Shown: positions 50,001 through 62,900 of the stretch, piece by piece
How positions within the stretch are numbered: the first letter of the stretch is position 1
How the letters are laid out: each line of letters opens with the position of its first letter
NCBI RefSeq assembly: GCF_003704095.1
Contig: NW_020846649.1
Coordinates: 248,001-312,000, forward strand
Reading direction: 5' to 3'
Origin: Pocillopora damicornis
Lineage: Eukaryota
DNA length: 64,000 nucleotides
Notes under the pieces: generated by a model
What the model was told of the DNA's origin: nothing
Databases searched by the model: none
What the model saw: only the letters and a program-made list of their open reading frames with translations
Made by a program: the position numbers and the translations under genes

Positions 50001-52644
50001 CAGGAGCTAACATTCCTGCGATAATGTTTAATAAAAACCGGAAAGGTTCTAACTTAAGCCAGCATCAGTATTTAGTAATCAGTCCTTTATCTCAGAGAAC
50101 AACATCACGTTTCAGTATCGACTCTATTGTATTTGCTGTCTGCATCGAGCAATAAAATCAAGTTGCAGGAAATTCCACCTTTTTCCGGTTCTTGATCTGT
50201 TGAACATAAAAACAATAAGCTGGATTGGTTTTAAAAGGCGAATCATGCAACTACGGTGCCCCGTGGAGAAAAACAAGCTATCAAAACGATCCAAATTAAC
50301 ACGGTTTGATTAGTAGTATTAAAAGAGATCTCCCAGTTTGGCTGATAACAAATTAGAATTTCTAAACACCTATGATATATGGAAATAATTGTTTCAATTT
50401 ATACAACACAGAAGTTTATTTCTAAAAAAATCTGACCATCAACATAGTTTCATTTTGTCGTTATTTTGATGTGGTTACTTGTTTTACCTGTTAAACCAGT
50501 CAATCCTGAGAGCGGACCTAAATGCTTAGTGTGCGTGACACAGAGGACAAGAAGATTTCGCAAATGTACACTTTGTTTAGCAATTTCTAGGTTTTTTATC
50601 ACTCTTTTCTTGCTTCAGTTTGTTGTTGATGTAGCAGTTTTGGTTAAAGCAAGGCTTCCCACAATGGGTGGGCTGGGAAAACGTAACCGGTTTCCGTAGT
50701 ACAGTTTCAATACTAAAAGCCACACATCCCTTTTTTAATATTGTCAACAAGTTTTCAACCTATGCCCTCTCTTTGTTACGTAGGTTGATGTTTACCTTAA
50801 ATGTCACGTACAACTTCAGCAAAAATCAGAACAAGGCCGATATAACAGATATTTAAAACCGCAAATTGACGACACATGGGTGCCAAACTAGATAACACGC
50901 TAGTTTTAAGCTAAAAATAATCATAATTAAAAAAATCTGGTGCTGTTTGTCTCGTTAAACTTTAACTTTTTCTGCGTAAAATATCGATCATCTTTAGCCC
51001 CTTTTTAGATATCGTTTTAGTTCTCCGCCGCTTATGTTAATATTTCTTGAAAACAATTCGACTACAAATGATTTGATTTCCAAGAAGAGTAGAAAAGCGG
51101 GTAAAAACCCTGTTTCAGAACAAATTTAAACTGGCTGAAATATATGATTTTGAACATCTTTTAAGACCTCCTTATATTGAAGCCTTGATTGCGTTCAGTG
51201 GAGAGTCCTTAAGGAGAGAGAGCCGGAGAGCTTCCATCTTGCCTTAACCTAAGTAGCTGAAAAAGTGTACCAACAGTTTTTCCAAAGTAAACGACTTAAT
51301 TGTTTAAATTTTTTTCTAACTCAGAAGGGAACGAAGCACATGCCTAAGCGCAGTTTTACATTCGAGAAGGCAGGAAAATTTTCTTGCGCGGAGAAAGTTG
51401 AATTTTTATTGAAAAGATAAGCATCTTGAACTGCAGTTTACAGAAACGGTTCAACAACATATGCCTTAGTTTATAAGTAGCATCAAGAGATAATATTAGA
51501 AAAATTGGTGCAAGTTTGTAAATGAAGCTCACAGTTCCTTCAAGAAAACGAGAGAAAATAAAGGTACCATCATTTTTTATTAAAGCAAAATGATAAACGA
51601 TTATTAAACAGAAATTAGTGTTTTTGTCGTTTAAGTTAGACTCTTGATGCATTTAACAATGACATGTAATGTTCCTTGCATGGATTTTGGTTTGGGTGGT
51701 TGTAATAAGCGTTGGAAGGAGGGAAATGAAATCGCAAGGAGACTGGGATCCTAGCAGCACCTGCAAAACAGCCGAATTTAAATTATGAATAAAGGGGGTA
51801 AGTTTCTAGAGAAACTGTGGTGCTGCGTCGGTGGGAGAGTATAAAGATTATATTATTGCGTGATAAAGTGCATTCCTAAAAGTTTGTGATTCTTAACAAT
51901 GGAGCTAAGATTAAGAGGTCTTGAGTGTGGGCATAAAAAAACGGATGTGCTTCGCTTAAGTCGAAATACAAGGTATAAAGCAGTTTCGAGAATTCTACAC
52001 CGTACACAAATATCACCGTCTAAAATCTTTAGCAGCAATCTTAGACAAAATCTATATTCCTTTTGTGGTTTTCAAGCTGATTGCTGCACGTAAGGGTTGA
52101 GTTGAACGTTTTGGACTAATTTAGCTGTTGTTTCAGTTCAAATGATATATTGCCTTCGTACCAAGGAGGTTCGATCATTTAGTTCCTCTTTGTATGAGTT
52201 AGCTAATCAAGGCTTGAGAGTTCGTATCAGTACAGCTGCAGATCGAAATTTTAATGTGGACATGGTAACCTTACCACGGTATGTGCTTCATGAGTTTTAG
52301 GAAAAATTTAGCCTTAATTTTTAAGATTATTATGAAGCAATCTGTTTTCTGAATGTTCCTCATCCTTGGTCACCTGATATTTTGTTGTTAATTGTGTTTT
52401 TACAGATTACCGAGCTAATATTTTGAAGTTTCCTTCCAGCTGAAGTAAATTTTGCAGAAACCCAAGTTGACTCGAAATACTGTGACTGGAACACGACAGT
52501 TTATTCTTCTCCAAATGGTTCATAGTAACCTGTCATTACTTATCTCGGGGGTGGGGGGGCTTACTCTTACGACCAAGAGATCACTATAATCTCTTACGAC
52601 GACTGATTTCCTCTCCATCCCCCCTGAAAATCATTTAAGCTTCC

Positions 52645-52654
52645 NNNNNNNNNN
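52645..52654. other. Assembly gap (10 N)
   Basis: Run of n. Confidence 1.
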
Positions 52655-53394
52655 CCAAGGGTAAAATGATCTTTTATAACTTCACAAACAGCACGTGTAG
52701 AGCAGCAACCACTGTTCGTTCTTTGGAGTGTCTCGAAATGTTCCTTTGTACCTCAAAAAAAGTTGAGCTTCAAAACAAATTCTAGGATATTCTTATGCCC
52801 TCCCATTTGCCAAAGAAGTCACGTATCGATTTGCTTGCGGTTGAAGAAGTTCCCGTGGGAGGATAGTAAAAAATTTTTGATAAGAGGATTGCAAGCAAAT
52901 TAAGCACGCCCTCTCAATTGGGAAAAACATCAAATAAGCTTTGACAATATTATCCAATATACACAATCGTGATATCTATTCTTAGACTATTTCTGGGTTA
53001 GATGAGTGTCTTTATAAACTAGCAAGTAGATTTAAAACCAGACTCTCTATAATTTACTTTCCCGTATGAGCAGATTTATTTGACAGGCCAATTTTGTTCC
53101 GGAAATGTTTAACAAATGGTAGAAAGGGAACACATTGAAATGATAATTGTGACGACTTGATCTAACCAAACCGGCGGAAATTAATTCGCTAAATTTAAGC
53201 TCAAAATCCAGTTGAGTGTTTTAATCGACACTAATCGTCTGTTTAGCCGTGCTGTTGAACTGTAATCGTTTTGTTTGGGTGCGCTGGTCAACTGTAATTG
53301 TGTTCTCCTGCTTTTTGACCAAAACCATGCTCCTTGTAAGAGTGAAAAAATATAAACCTTTACATTACATACATGCTGTTAAAGACTCTTTGAT

Positions 53395-54284
53395 ACAGGC
53401 ACTATGACAACAGAACGTCACCCCTTTCCTCTAGTGATAAACACTAAGTGACGAAATCTTCCAGTTTTCAAACAGGATGTCACGTTCGAAGTAACTACTT
53501 TTCCCTGGGCAGAAATTTGCGGTTTCTCACTGCCAGTCATGGGCTTTTGCTGCTGACTTCAACCCCTCATATTAATCCTGTCGTAGACTAAGGTGCAAAC
53601 AGGCACTATGACAACAGAACGTCACCCCTTCCCTCTAGTCATAAACACCAAGTGACGAAATTTTTCCGTCTTCAAACAGGATGTCTTGTTCGAAGTAACT
53701 ATCTTTCCCTGTGTAGAAATTTTCGGTTTCTCACTGCCAGTCATGAGCTGCTGCCGCCACAGGCGGCCCAAGCTCACGTCTCGAGAAAAAGCCAACGATG
53801 AGTTCATGAACGCGTCACGCGTTGTGTGACTCGGTGTTAAGTTACGGTAGGAACCGTTGAAAATTTGAACACGTTATAAGGAATAGTATGGGGAACGAAA
53901 TATGGTGGATTTACAACGATAAATATTTCGAAATATGAATATTTTACACGTAAAATCAATAAAACTTACTCATGCCCTGTGTATCCGTCGTAGTTTCTGG
54001 CGATTTCTGCCGTTTCAAGCTTGCTTTACCATCACTGTTATCCATGTCAAAAGACGAAGTGGATAACAGTGATGGTAAAGCAAGCTTGAAACGGCAGAAA
54101 TCGCCAGAAACTACGACGGATACACAGGGCAACGGTTCCTCCCGTAACTTAACACCGAGTCGCACAACGCGTGACGCGTTCATGAATTCATCGTTGGCTT
54201 TTTCTCGAGACGTGAGCTTGGGCCGCCTGTGCTGCCGCTGACTTCAACCTTTCAAATTAATCTTGTCGCAAACTGAAGGTGCAA
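53395..54284. repeat. 204-bp tandem duplication whose second copy is interrupted by a fold-back element
   Basis: Copy 1 53395-53598; copy 2 53599-53757 plus 54239-54284. Both start acaggcactatgacaacagaacgtcacccc and end aaggtgcaa. Confidence 0.9.
53758..54231. mobile_element. 474-bp non-autonomous fold-back DNA transposon with 7-bp TSD
   Basis: Termini CACAGG...CCTGTG; ~102-bp TIRs 53758-53859 / 54130-54231 (3 mismatches); inner perfect 72-bp inverted repeat 53973-54044 / 54060-54131; TSD ctgccgc at 53751-53757 and 54232-54238. Confidence 0.9.
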
Positions 54285-54995
54285 CAAAAAAGAACAAACA
54301 AAACAACAACAACAACAAGAAAACGAATCGCGATTACAACAAGTAGACCACACTCTTCATGAACCCTGTGAACTCCGGAACTGTATTCTGTTTTGCGTGT
54401 GGTTTAGGCGTTGCATGTTACGCTATCAAAAGAAACGTTGACAACTTTGATTACCGCAATGTTTTTGGCTCGTGTGGGTGTTCTCATGTGGGTCAATTTG
54501 GACCAAGTCCAAAAGATGGAGTGGGGGAAAAAGCACGGAAATAATTACCCTCCCTTGGAAAATGCCACGAACAAGGAAGCATCTTGATTGTATGATTCAA
54601 ACGAGTCCGACGTGGGGTGACTCGCGATCGGTTTCTGATCGGTTCCTGAGATCTTGCCTCACTTTTTTTCCCTTTCTTAAAATTCTCATGTTCTTCTGAG
54701 AGAAGATTTCAAGACCTCTAAGGCTTCTCACATCTTCTTCGCCATGAAAAACATCGTCATTGGTTTACTACGTGTAAGAAAATTACACCTTTGACCTTAG
54801 TTGGCCGACCAGGAATTTCCTTTACGGCGCAGAATGTAAAATTCACTGATTACTACGTGCAGACTGTGTTTGATTCCTGACTGGGTTGGCATCGTAGCTC
54901 AAATCGTCACCCAAGCCCTTTTTTTTGTTGTGACCGTGATTTCGTGTTTTTGACAGACTGGGAACGAACTCCCCAGACTTCTTTTCGGCCGTGTG

Positions 54996-55059
54996 CCTCC
55001 TCTCTCTTCCTCTCCTTCTCCTCCTGAGAAAACTGTCTTGACTTGGTTGAACAATCCAG
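54996..55059 (+). promoter_or_regulatory. TCT/5'TOP-like pyrimidine tract and non-coding first exon of RPL29
   Basis: cctcctctctcttcctctccttctcctcct, then donor CAG/gtaata at 55059/55060 and acceptor ttgtag at ~55173 just before the ATG. Typical ribosomal-protein gene start. Confidence 0.7.
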
Positions 55060-55202
55060 GTAATATCTTTGCCTCAATTAACCATCTTAACCTCCAATTG
55101 TTGACTTTTAGTGGCTCAGTGATTAAAGTGTTAAAGTGCCTTTGAACTAACCAATTTTTGGCAAAATTTGTAGGATTTTGGCGAGATTGTTCACGTCTTG
55201 AT

Positions 55203-58027
55203 ATGGCGAAGTCAAAGAATCACACCAACCACAATCAAGGTGAGTATTTAACCAGTGTAACTTGTGTTTCAGTTTATTTCAGCGAGTTGAAGTCTTTATG
55301 GCATATTTATTTCAATTTGATACACTTTGTTTACTCTTTTAGGCCACAAATGGCACAGAAATGGAATCAAAAAGCCCAAGAAGCAGCGATTTCCATCTTT
55401 GAAAGGGGTACGTTTACCGATGATTTTAAGTTGTTATTCTACAGAATGAAATAGTTTTACCTCTTTTTAAATACCTCTTTTTAATGTTAGTGTGTGCACG
55501 GTTATAACGCAAACTTCGAGTCCTGTAAAAGCTGTCGTTAGTAGCGAAAAGTAGAACCCATAATTATGTGACTCGAAATTTGCGTTACATTTCGTGACCC
55601 AGTAAATACAGAAATCGTACGTATGTGCCCTTTTTTATGTGCAATTATTTACCTCGATCGATCCTTGAGTTCGATGGTCTTAAACGAAGATGTGTGTTGA
55701 AAATTTTGATTTTAGTGATGAATGTAGAAGGATAGGTAGAGTGCTTATGATCTAAAGTAACTTGTGGACACGAGTGCTGTATTTTCGACATATATAGCAT
55801 CAAGGACTTCCTGTCAATTTCCTGGTGTTGAAAAGTTGGTGGTCATTTATGCTGGCGAATTACAATCATAACAAGGAAATATAATTGATTATCTTATGGT
55901 GTAGTCACTTCCAATCTGATATGCAAACTTTTGATAGCATACTGCAGTTTGATTAAGACAAGAAGCCTTACTGGTTACACAAAATCTCAAGGAACAGCCT
56001 AACTTGGAAGCTTGTATTGGCTCTGCAGGGCAAACCTTGACCCATACAAACTTTACATCCTCTTTGATTTAAGTTGTAAAGATATCACTTTGAATAAAAG
56101 GCACTTACACCTACAAAATTGGCTGTGACTACACCACAAAAGGGAATTTGTTAAGAAATGTCATGAGAGGAACAGTGTAAAGTGACTAAGGAATACTCTC
56201 CATGATTGGGCTATTGAAATTGAACTGGAGAATTCTGTGCAGTGATGGAATAATTTTATAATCTTTGAGAGGTAAAGAACATCCTGTACCTGGAGTGCAC
56301 CATATTTGACTTGCTCATTCGTAAACAGCATTGTGTTTGTGTGAAAAGAATTTGGATAGAAATGTAGATGTAACTGCATGGACAATTAAATATGGAAAAT
56401 ATGACCTACACTACTCAATCCTTTCACTCCCAAGATTGCACCAGTAATTCTCCTCACTGTCTGCCTTAAAATTCGGAGAATGTTAGTTAGGAGAATTTTG
56501 CATTGGATCAACAAATAATCCTCCAATTGACATTTTTCTTTAATCTCATCACTTGGTCACTCATGGGAGTTGCAGGGTTAATGAATCTTTAGAGCTATCC
56601 ACTGCTTAACCCTAAATCCCAAGATCTTAGTGTTATTTCTCTCTTTTAGCTACTACACATTTCCTTGTAAATTAGTTGTGAGAATTTGGTGTTAGATCAG
56701 GATAACAACTTCTACCTGAAATGTTTGAGTACTTATGCTGGTGTGCTGAATAATGTGAAACTATTATAGGAAGAAGTTTTATGTTTATTATTTCTGGGAG
56801 TTAAGGGGTTAAGGTACATTTCCACCAAAATACAAAGGATTATTTAAGATTTCTCTGTGAAGGCACTTGTCTGTCAATGACAATAATGTTCACACTCATT
56901 GAAATGTGCAATCAGATGGCTGAGTTCTTCTTACCCAAGATTGTTAGAGTAAATCAGTCCCCTCAAACAGTTTTAATAATATTGTGCTTTCAGCTATAGA
57001 ATTATATTCATGTTTCTGTGTTTGTAATTATGAGGGAGCTATAAATGTGTCACTTAATGGATTAATAATGGCAATAGGACCGAGTGGAGTCCAGTTTGGT
57101 CTGTAATGATATGAGTGATTGACAAAATCAGACAACTGCAAAGTGGGAGTCGGATTTGTTTATCATGAGTATAATTACACACAGAATTGGATGACAACAA
57201 AATCCTGTTACCAATAAATCATAACCATTTCAATTTCCAAAAGAACAAATACACTTAGAGCAAATATCCCCTGTGCCGACAATGGGTTTAGTTAAAAATT
57301 CCTCCATTTTGAAAATTGCCTAGTTTTTCTTTGGATAAGTGGTTGTTGCTATGGTTATTGTGATCAATTCTGTGATTGGTGGATTTAGCTGAGAGGACAG
57401 ATTACACTGTCCAATTACAACTGTAATGAATGAGTGAAAAATGAAGCTGGGAAGGCACCAATAAGAATTGAAGAATTTGTAATGGTTATGATTAAACTTG
57501 AAATCTTCACTCACTGATGTAGGTGTCAAGACAATCTGAGCTAAACAACTACTAACAGTCCACACAAACACTTTTGAAATTCTGTGCTCTCAGCTATAAA
57601 TTATTTCCTCATTTTATATTACATGTAATTATGAGTAGTGGTGAATGCTCCCCTGAATTGATTTTACTCTAAATTTTCACTTGCTAATGCATGCTCTGGA
57701 GCAAGAGTTAATTAAGAGTAAATTTTACCAACGAACTTGATATTTTCAGACATAGAGACTCTCTGAAAATATAATTGTTCATTACCCATATAATTCTCTG
57801 ACAAATAGTTTTTGAGGTTGTGTTCTTAGTCATACAAATAATTTACTTGTTTGGTTGGCAAAGCATGACCATGATTAATTTCTTTTCTTGTCATCCTAGA
57901 GGCTAACTTTTGTTGTTCATATTTGCTTTTTGTTTTTAAGGTTGACCCGAAACTCCTGAGAAACTTGCGTTTTGCTAAGAAGCATAACAAGCGCCAAGGT
58001 GGAAAAGCTGTGAATATGGAATCTTAA
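55203..58027 (+). CDS. RPL29: 60S ribosomal protein L29 (eL29), 62 aa
   Basis: Exons 55203-55239 ([12 protein letters not shown]), 55343-55407 ([22 protein letters not shown]), 57941-58027 ([16 protein letters not shown]...). AATAAA at 58042-58047. Confidence 0.97.
55895..56138. mobile_element. ~245 bp MITE in an RPL29 intron
   Basis: Inverted ends tggtgtagtcac..ccaat / attgg..gtgactacacca. Confidence 0.55.
56415..56812 (+). mobile_element. Two adjacent TTAA-type MITEs (A 56415-56581; C 56606-56812)
   Basis: Ends gggagttgcagggttaa and ttaaccctaaatccc...gggagttaaggggttaa. Confidence 0.7.
57062..57393 (-). repeat. ~320 bp interspersed repeat, copy 2, with internal hairpin
   Basis: Reverse complement of 8822-9142; imperfect ~45-bp stem at 57091-57190. 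Confidence 0.8.
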
Positions 58028-58234
58028 GCTTTTGTTTGTGGAATAAAAAAAGATGTAAATAACTCTTCCTGGTGTATTGTGTTTGGTGTGGGTCTTTTAG
58101 ATGTCTTTGTACTGAACATCTACACATACAACTTAGTTGGTATTTCCTTCATGTAAATTTTGTTGCTTAACAAGGGTGAAAAGGTTTAAAATTAGTGAAA
58201 ATCCACTGAAAGTGCTGAACAGTAGCCCATGAGT

Positions 58235-58922
58235 TTAACCCTTAAACTCCCAGAAGTGATTAACAAGTGACTTCTCCCCATAACATCCATACATCATCAT
58301 ATAGGTAACAATAATACTTAAAACTTATCGGGTAGAAGTTATCTTATTCTCAAACTTATTTACAAGGATATTTTCTAGCAGCTAGGGAAGAAAATTAACA
58401 GTTAGTTCTTGGTAGTTAAGGTTAAGTGCAATTGATTTCATTAACTCTCCTGTATCCAATGTACAGGTTGAAGTGGCACAGCTGAAGAGTTATGGCTACC
58501 TAGATCATACCCTTTCATTTTGCACCAAAGGAAAAGTTTAGGACTGGACTCAATAGATACCTTGGTAGTTTGAGAGAAAAGAGACTACCATTAGTACATA
58601 GACAGATAGACTTGATTTGCAGCTTCTAAAGAAATGGTTGAATTAATGAGCCACCCTTGGCTAAGGAATGGTACCATGAAAAGAATAGATGTGTAGAATG
58701 CAAATTAAGGGTGTATCCCCAATGAGAAGAATAAAAATTGCAGCAGTTCTTTTGAACCTTTCCACCCTTAGATCAGTATGCATATTCTCCTGACTGTTCT
58801 TTATACATTTCTATAGTGCTGGCAAGGAGAATTTAACTGTCAGAGCTCGTTTTGTCAGTGGCCTTATCCTTTATACTGGTAACAGAATTAGGAGGTTGTC
58901 TCTCTCGGGGTAGATGGGTTAA
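58235..58922 (-). mobile_element. Two TTAA-type MITEs (C 58235-58426; B ~58752-58922) between the RPL29 and TMEM43 3' ends
   Basis: ttaacccttaaactcccagaagtgat... and ...gggtagatgggttaa; reverse-complement homology to the other copies. Confidence 0.6.
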
Positions 58923-59991
58923 CACTTCACCTACCCACATCAAGGAATGACAACAGGGTCTTATCACTTTCTTTTGAAAAGATGTTTTTACCTGAGGATG
59001 AATATACCAATATCGATGTTGACATTATTTATAAGCCAAACCTTGCCAGTTTTCATCATTGAATTGTAAGGGCTAGGGCATTGTAATATATTGAATTAGT
59101 TGCATTTCACACTTGCAATGTGGCCCTAAGTCACTATATAGCCAAGGAAAAGTGATCATTTCAAGTAACAAAACAACTGACTGACTAAAAAATGCTAGCA
59201 AGACACTGGCTGATCTATATTTCCACTGTAAACCAGATGTTGGCTGAGGTATAGCTTATAAGTTTTTCTATTTCTCCAAACATTTCTTTCATGATCAAGG
59301 AAGGAGACACATTGCATTACACACTTAACTTGAGCAGAGGCATCACACTATAAAATTCTAGTAAAACTCCCTCTGACCACAACCACTACATACTGCAGAG
59401 GCTTAACTAACCCTGCACTCATTGCGTGATTCATTCTTAGTGACTGTTGACTGCTGTATTGTCAGAAGTTTCTCCCAACCCTTGCACTAGGATTTTCTCA
59501 CATGAAAACTCTAAATAATTAATTTTCAATCTCAGTCACTGGTTTTTATACTTTGTTCCATTGCTCCTTTAGTAGCTTACGTTTTTATTATTTTCCTTTT
59601 TTTAACATGTCAAACAAAGACATGAAATATTAGTGTTGTCCCATACGCATCAACTATTTTGTCTTCACACTCTTCAGACAAAGTGCTCTTTCTTGGAGGA
59701 GTTAATTTGCCGTGTGCCAAAAACTCAACAACAGCTGCAAAGAGCACTTTGTTGCCTTTGCTTTTACCTAATTTAATCATTTTACATCCAAAACATTGAA
59801 TCTAAATGTAACTTTCTATCATTTTCACACTATTGAGGCCTAAACTGTGTAGGTCTGAATAATGAACACCAATACAGAAATTTTACTTTTTGAAGTCACA
59901 CTGTCTATCGTCCTTCATAATAATACCCCCTAGTTCAGTGACTAACGACGCTACAAACGACTTCCTTAACGTTCGCATTTAAATAAACTTT

Positions 59992-62900
59992 TTAGTGTTT
60001 CCTTTGATTGAGAGCTTGTGCACGTCGTCTGGACAGAAGTATTGGAACAGCTGCTGCCGCCAGTAATGTCATGCTCAGAATTGGTCGATGAGCTATCCAG
60101 CCAATTGCTATGGTAACCAGAGACAGTGAAGTAGCAAGACATAGGCACAAGAGCGTCAGGCCCAGGCCCACAAGTTCACGGACAACAGGCAACCAGGAGA
60201 CTGGAAAAAAAAAAGGACAGAGTTCTTTATAACAGTGATGTAAGGTAAATGTTTTCCTCCAGTCATCTAGATTTTAAACGGAAGTGGTCACTTACTCAGT
60301 ACAACAACAATACTGGTCATCATCTGAAATCCAAGGAACATCAGGACCCAGCCTACTCCTCTTAAAATCCATGTTAAAGCTGTGTTGGCGGACTGTTCGG
60401 CTTCAAAAATCTCCTACAAAGAAACAATCTGTCAGTCAATCTATCAATTTTAGCAAACGTTATACCGGCATTTACTGTATTTTTACACAGAATGTTTTCG
60501 CCACTGCTGATGTTACTGATCTTTACAGTATGGAGAATACTTGTTTCACATGAACCAAGAATGTAACCCGCCTCAACAAAAAGAGCAGACAGACGAAAAA
60601 CAGCGCTTGTAAGGGAACGGCAGTTTTCATGCACTTGCCTTTTTTGCCTGCATCCTCTTAACGATTGCCTGAAACGGGCAGCACAATCCTTGAAATAAGT
60701 TGAGATATTTCTCAAGGGAAAGGAACAGGAAAGCAAGTCTTCTCGTTTAAAGGTACAAATTACGATTTCGCTATCGTGCTGAGTGTTCAGGTAATATTTT
60801 ATTATTGTCCGGTTTTAGGCCATAAAGAAACAAGGATATACTCAAATAAAGAGAATCCTCTGGACATAACAAAAAATTCCGTGCTGTTGGCTCACCTCAG
60901 CACTCATTTCTCCAGGATAAAGGAGCTCCAATGAATCGCCAGATCTTGTGTGATAATGTGATAATCTTCCACCTTGCTGTCGAGCTACAATACTAACCTG
61001 TCAAAAAATAACACTAACTGATAAGTCATTCCAAGAAAGGTAGAACTGTTTATAAAATTTCGGCATCAACAGAAACAAGGACTTGTGAAAAAGTTATGAT
61101 ACAAGGTGAGATGCAATTAGGATTTAGCTCTGACAGGGAGGAGGTATTATTCACATGATAAGCTGAATTGCGCTAGCCTAACGCTACTTATTGCATATGT
61201 GCATATTAAAAAGAGGAGTTAGGAGAATCATACCTTCATTGGGTCTCCCAAACCCGAGCCTGGCTTCCCACTAAGCCCAGCATAGGAAAACTGGACGCGC
61301 ACATCTCCCACCTGTTGATAAAATACATTTAAAATTGTTCATAAGAACTCCCAGTGAATTTACTTTGCCTATGGTCGAGTACTTTTGGACCTCAATTCAA
61401 TACACAAATTATGTGATTGCTATATGACATAAAATTAGCCAAAGGCGTTGGCTGGGTAAATTGCCTCAGAAGGCCGTTAGTCAATATGACCAGGCAGGGC
61501 TTTCAATGCATAACACCTAAGGGAAGAAGAAACAGCAAAAGGTGCAGAATAACACGGAGAGGCTCAACTAAGGCCTAAGGAACAACAGACCTGACTGAAC
61601 TAACATCCAGCAGTGAAGATCTAGAGTTGCCAAGAACAGAGGGAAATAGAAATCTGATGGACAGCATACGTTCTAGTGAGAATTATACTCATTAAATGAC
61701 CTTCAACATATTCTTTGCTTTGTGATTTTTAGGTTTGGGGGTCTTCAATCAGTAGCTTGAGCAAGTATAGAAATTCAAAGAGATAGGTCTTTGGTTATTC
61801 AAAACCACAGCGATTTCGAAGCAATTGAAAATTGTGCCATTCTGTATCGTAGTACTGCTCCTTTGAAACATCACTGTTCTTAAGCCATTTATTAGGATTT
61901 AAAAGGTCCACTAGTGTTTATTTCACGGGTTATCATCTTAACCACGGCAAGATGTAGCAAGATGCAATGCGAAATAGATGCAATTTCAATTTTTCTGCAA
62001 CCTCCAACATGAAAGAGGCTACGATAAAAAATTAAAGCTAACCATATTTACGGAATTTTTGAAGAACTAAAAGTAAATGTCACGTATGTGTAACTGCTGA
62101 GCTCACCAAAGCAATTTTAAGATAGGGTAACAGCTGTTATTATCCAACTGCACAAAGTAGGGTACAAATAACGTGCAAATAGAGCACAAATATTCTGCGA
62201 TGTTGTACGGTTATTTGAGAGTTGTTTTTTTGTACTGTTATTTTAAAAAAAAACCTGTTCAATCAGTTAGCTGCATGCACTACGCTTCTCTATTCACCTT
62301 GCTTTTTCTGCCTTATGAGAAATGAACTGAAAGACTTAGCAGAAAAAAAGCAATTGGATAATAAATAACTTATAAGACATTTTGGTGTGTATTATTGCTG
62401 AGTATTTTTATTCGTTGTTTGTATTTTACGAGCCCTACTCGTCAAAGTACGGCACAACTCGTAAAAATACTCTAAATGTCTCATAAGATATGTATAGTAT
62501 GGCATGATCGTTCGGCTGAGAGTGGTCCTGCAAAGAACTGTTAGAGTGGGTGACACCGACTAATGTTTCAACAACCTGCGAGGAAAGGGATTGTAAGTCA
62601 AACGAACGGTTGCTTTTCACACAAATGTTGTAGCGCTTTTTGGTGAAGACTGATCGGTCAGTTTTACTGTCATGTTATTAGCTGACTCTAGTTATGTAGC
62701 TGCTGTCGTCAGTTGTGATTGGCTACCCAAATGGCCTGCTCAGTTGTGATTGGTCAGTCCCAACAGTCTTATGGCCACTCACAACTATGCAATCGCAAGA
62801 CTTCAAAACGAATCGACTTACTCTGTGATAAAATGGGTCCATAGAATGATAAAACATCCCATTATGGATTTTCATCATCTTTCCTTGAGGAACTTCTTGG

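Noticed and set aside
53973-54131. Pre-miRNA hairpin
   Set aside because: A perfect 72-bp stem nested in TIRs with a TSD is better explained as a transposon.
53956-54241. Two near-identical ORFs on opposite strands
   Set aside because: Artefact of the perfect inverted repeat.
55711-55756. C/D snoRNA (GTGATGA with a tttag/ctaaa stem)
   Set aside because: Only ~45 nt and no CTGA D box.
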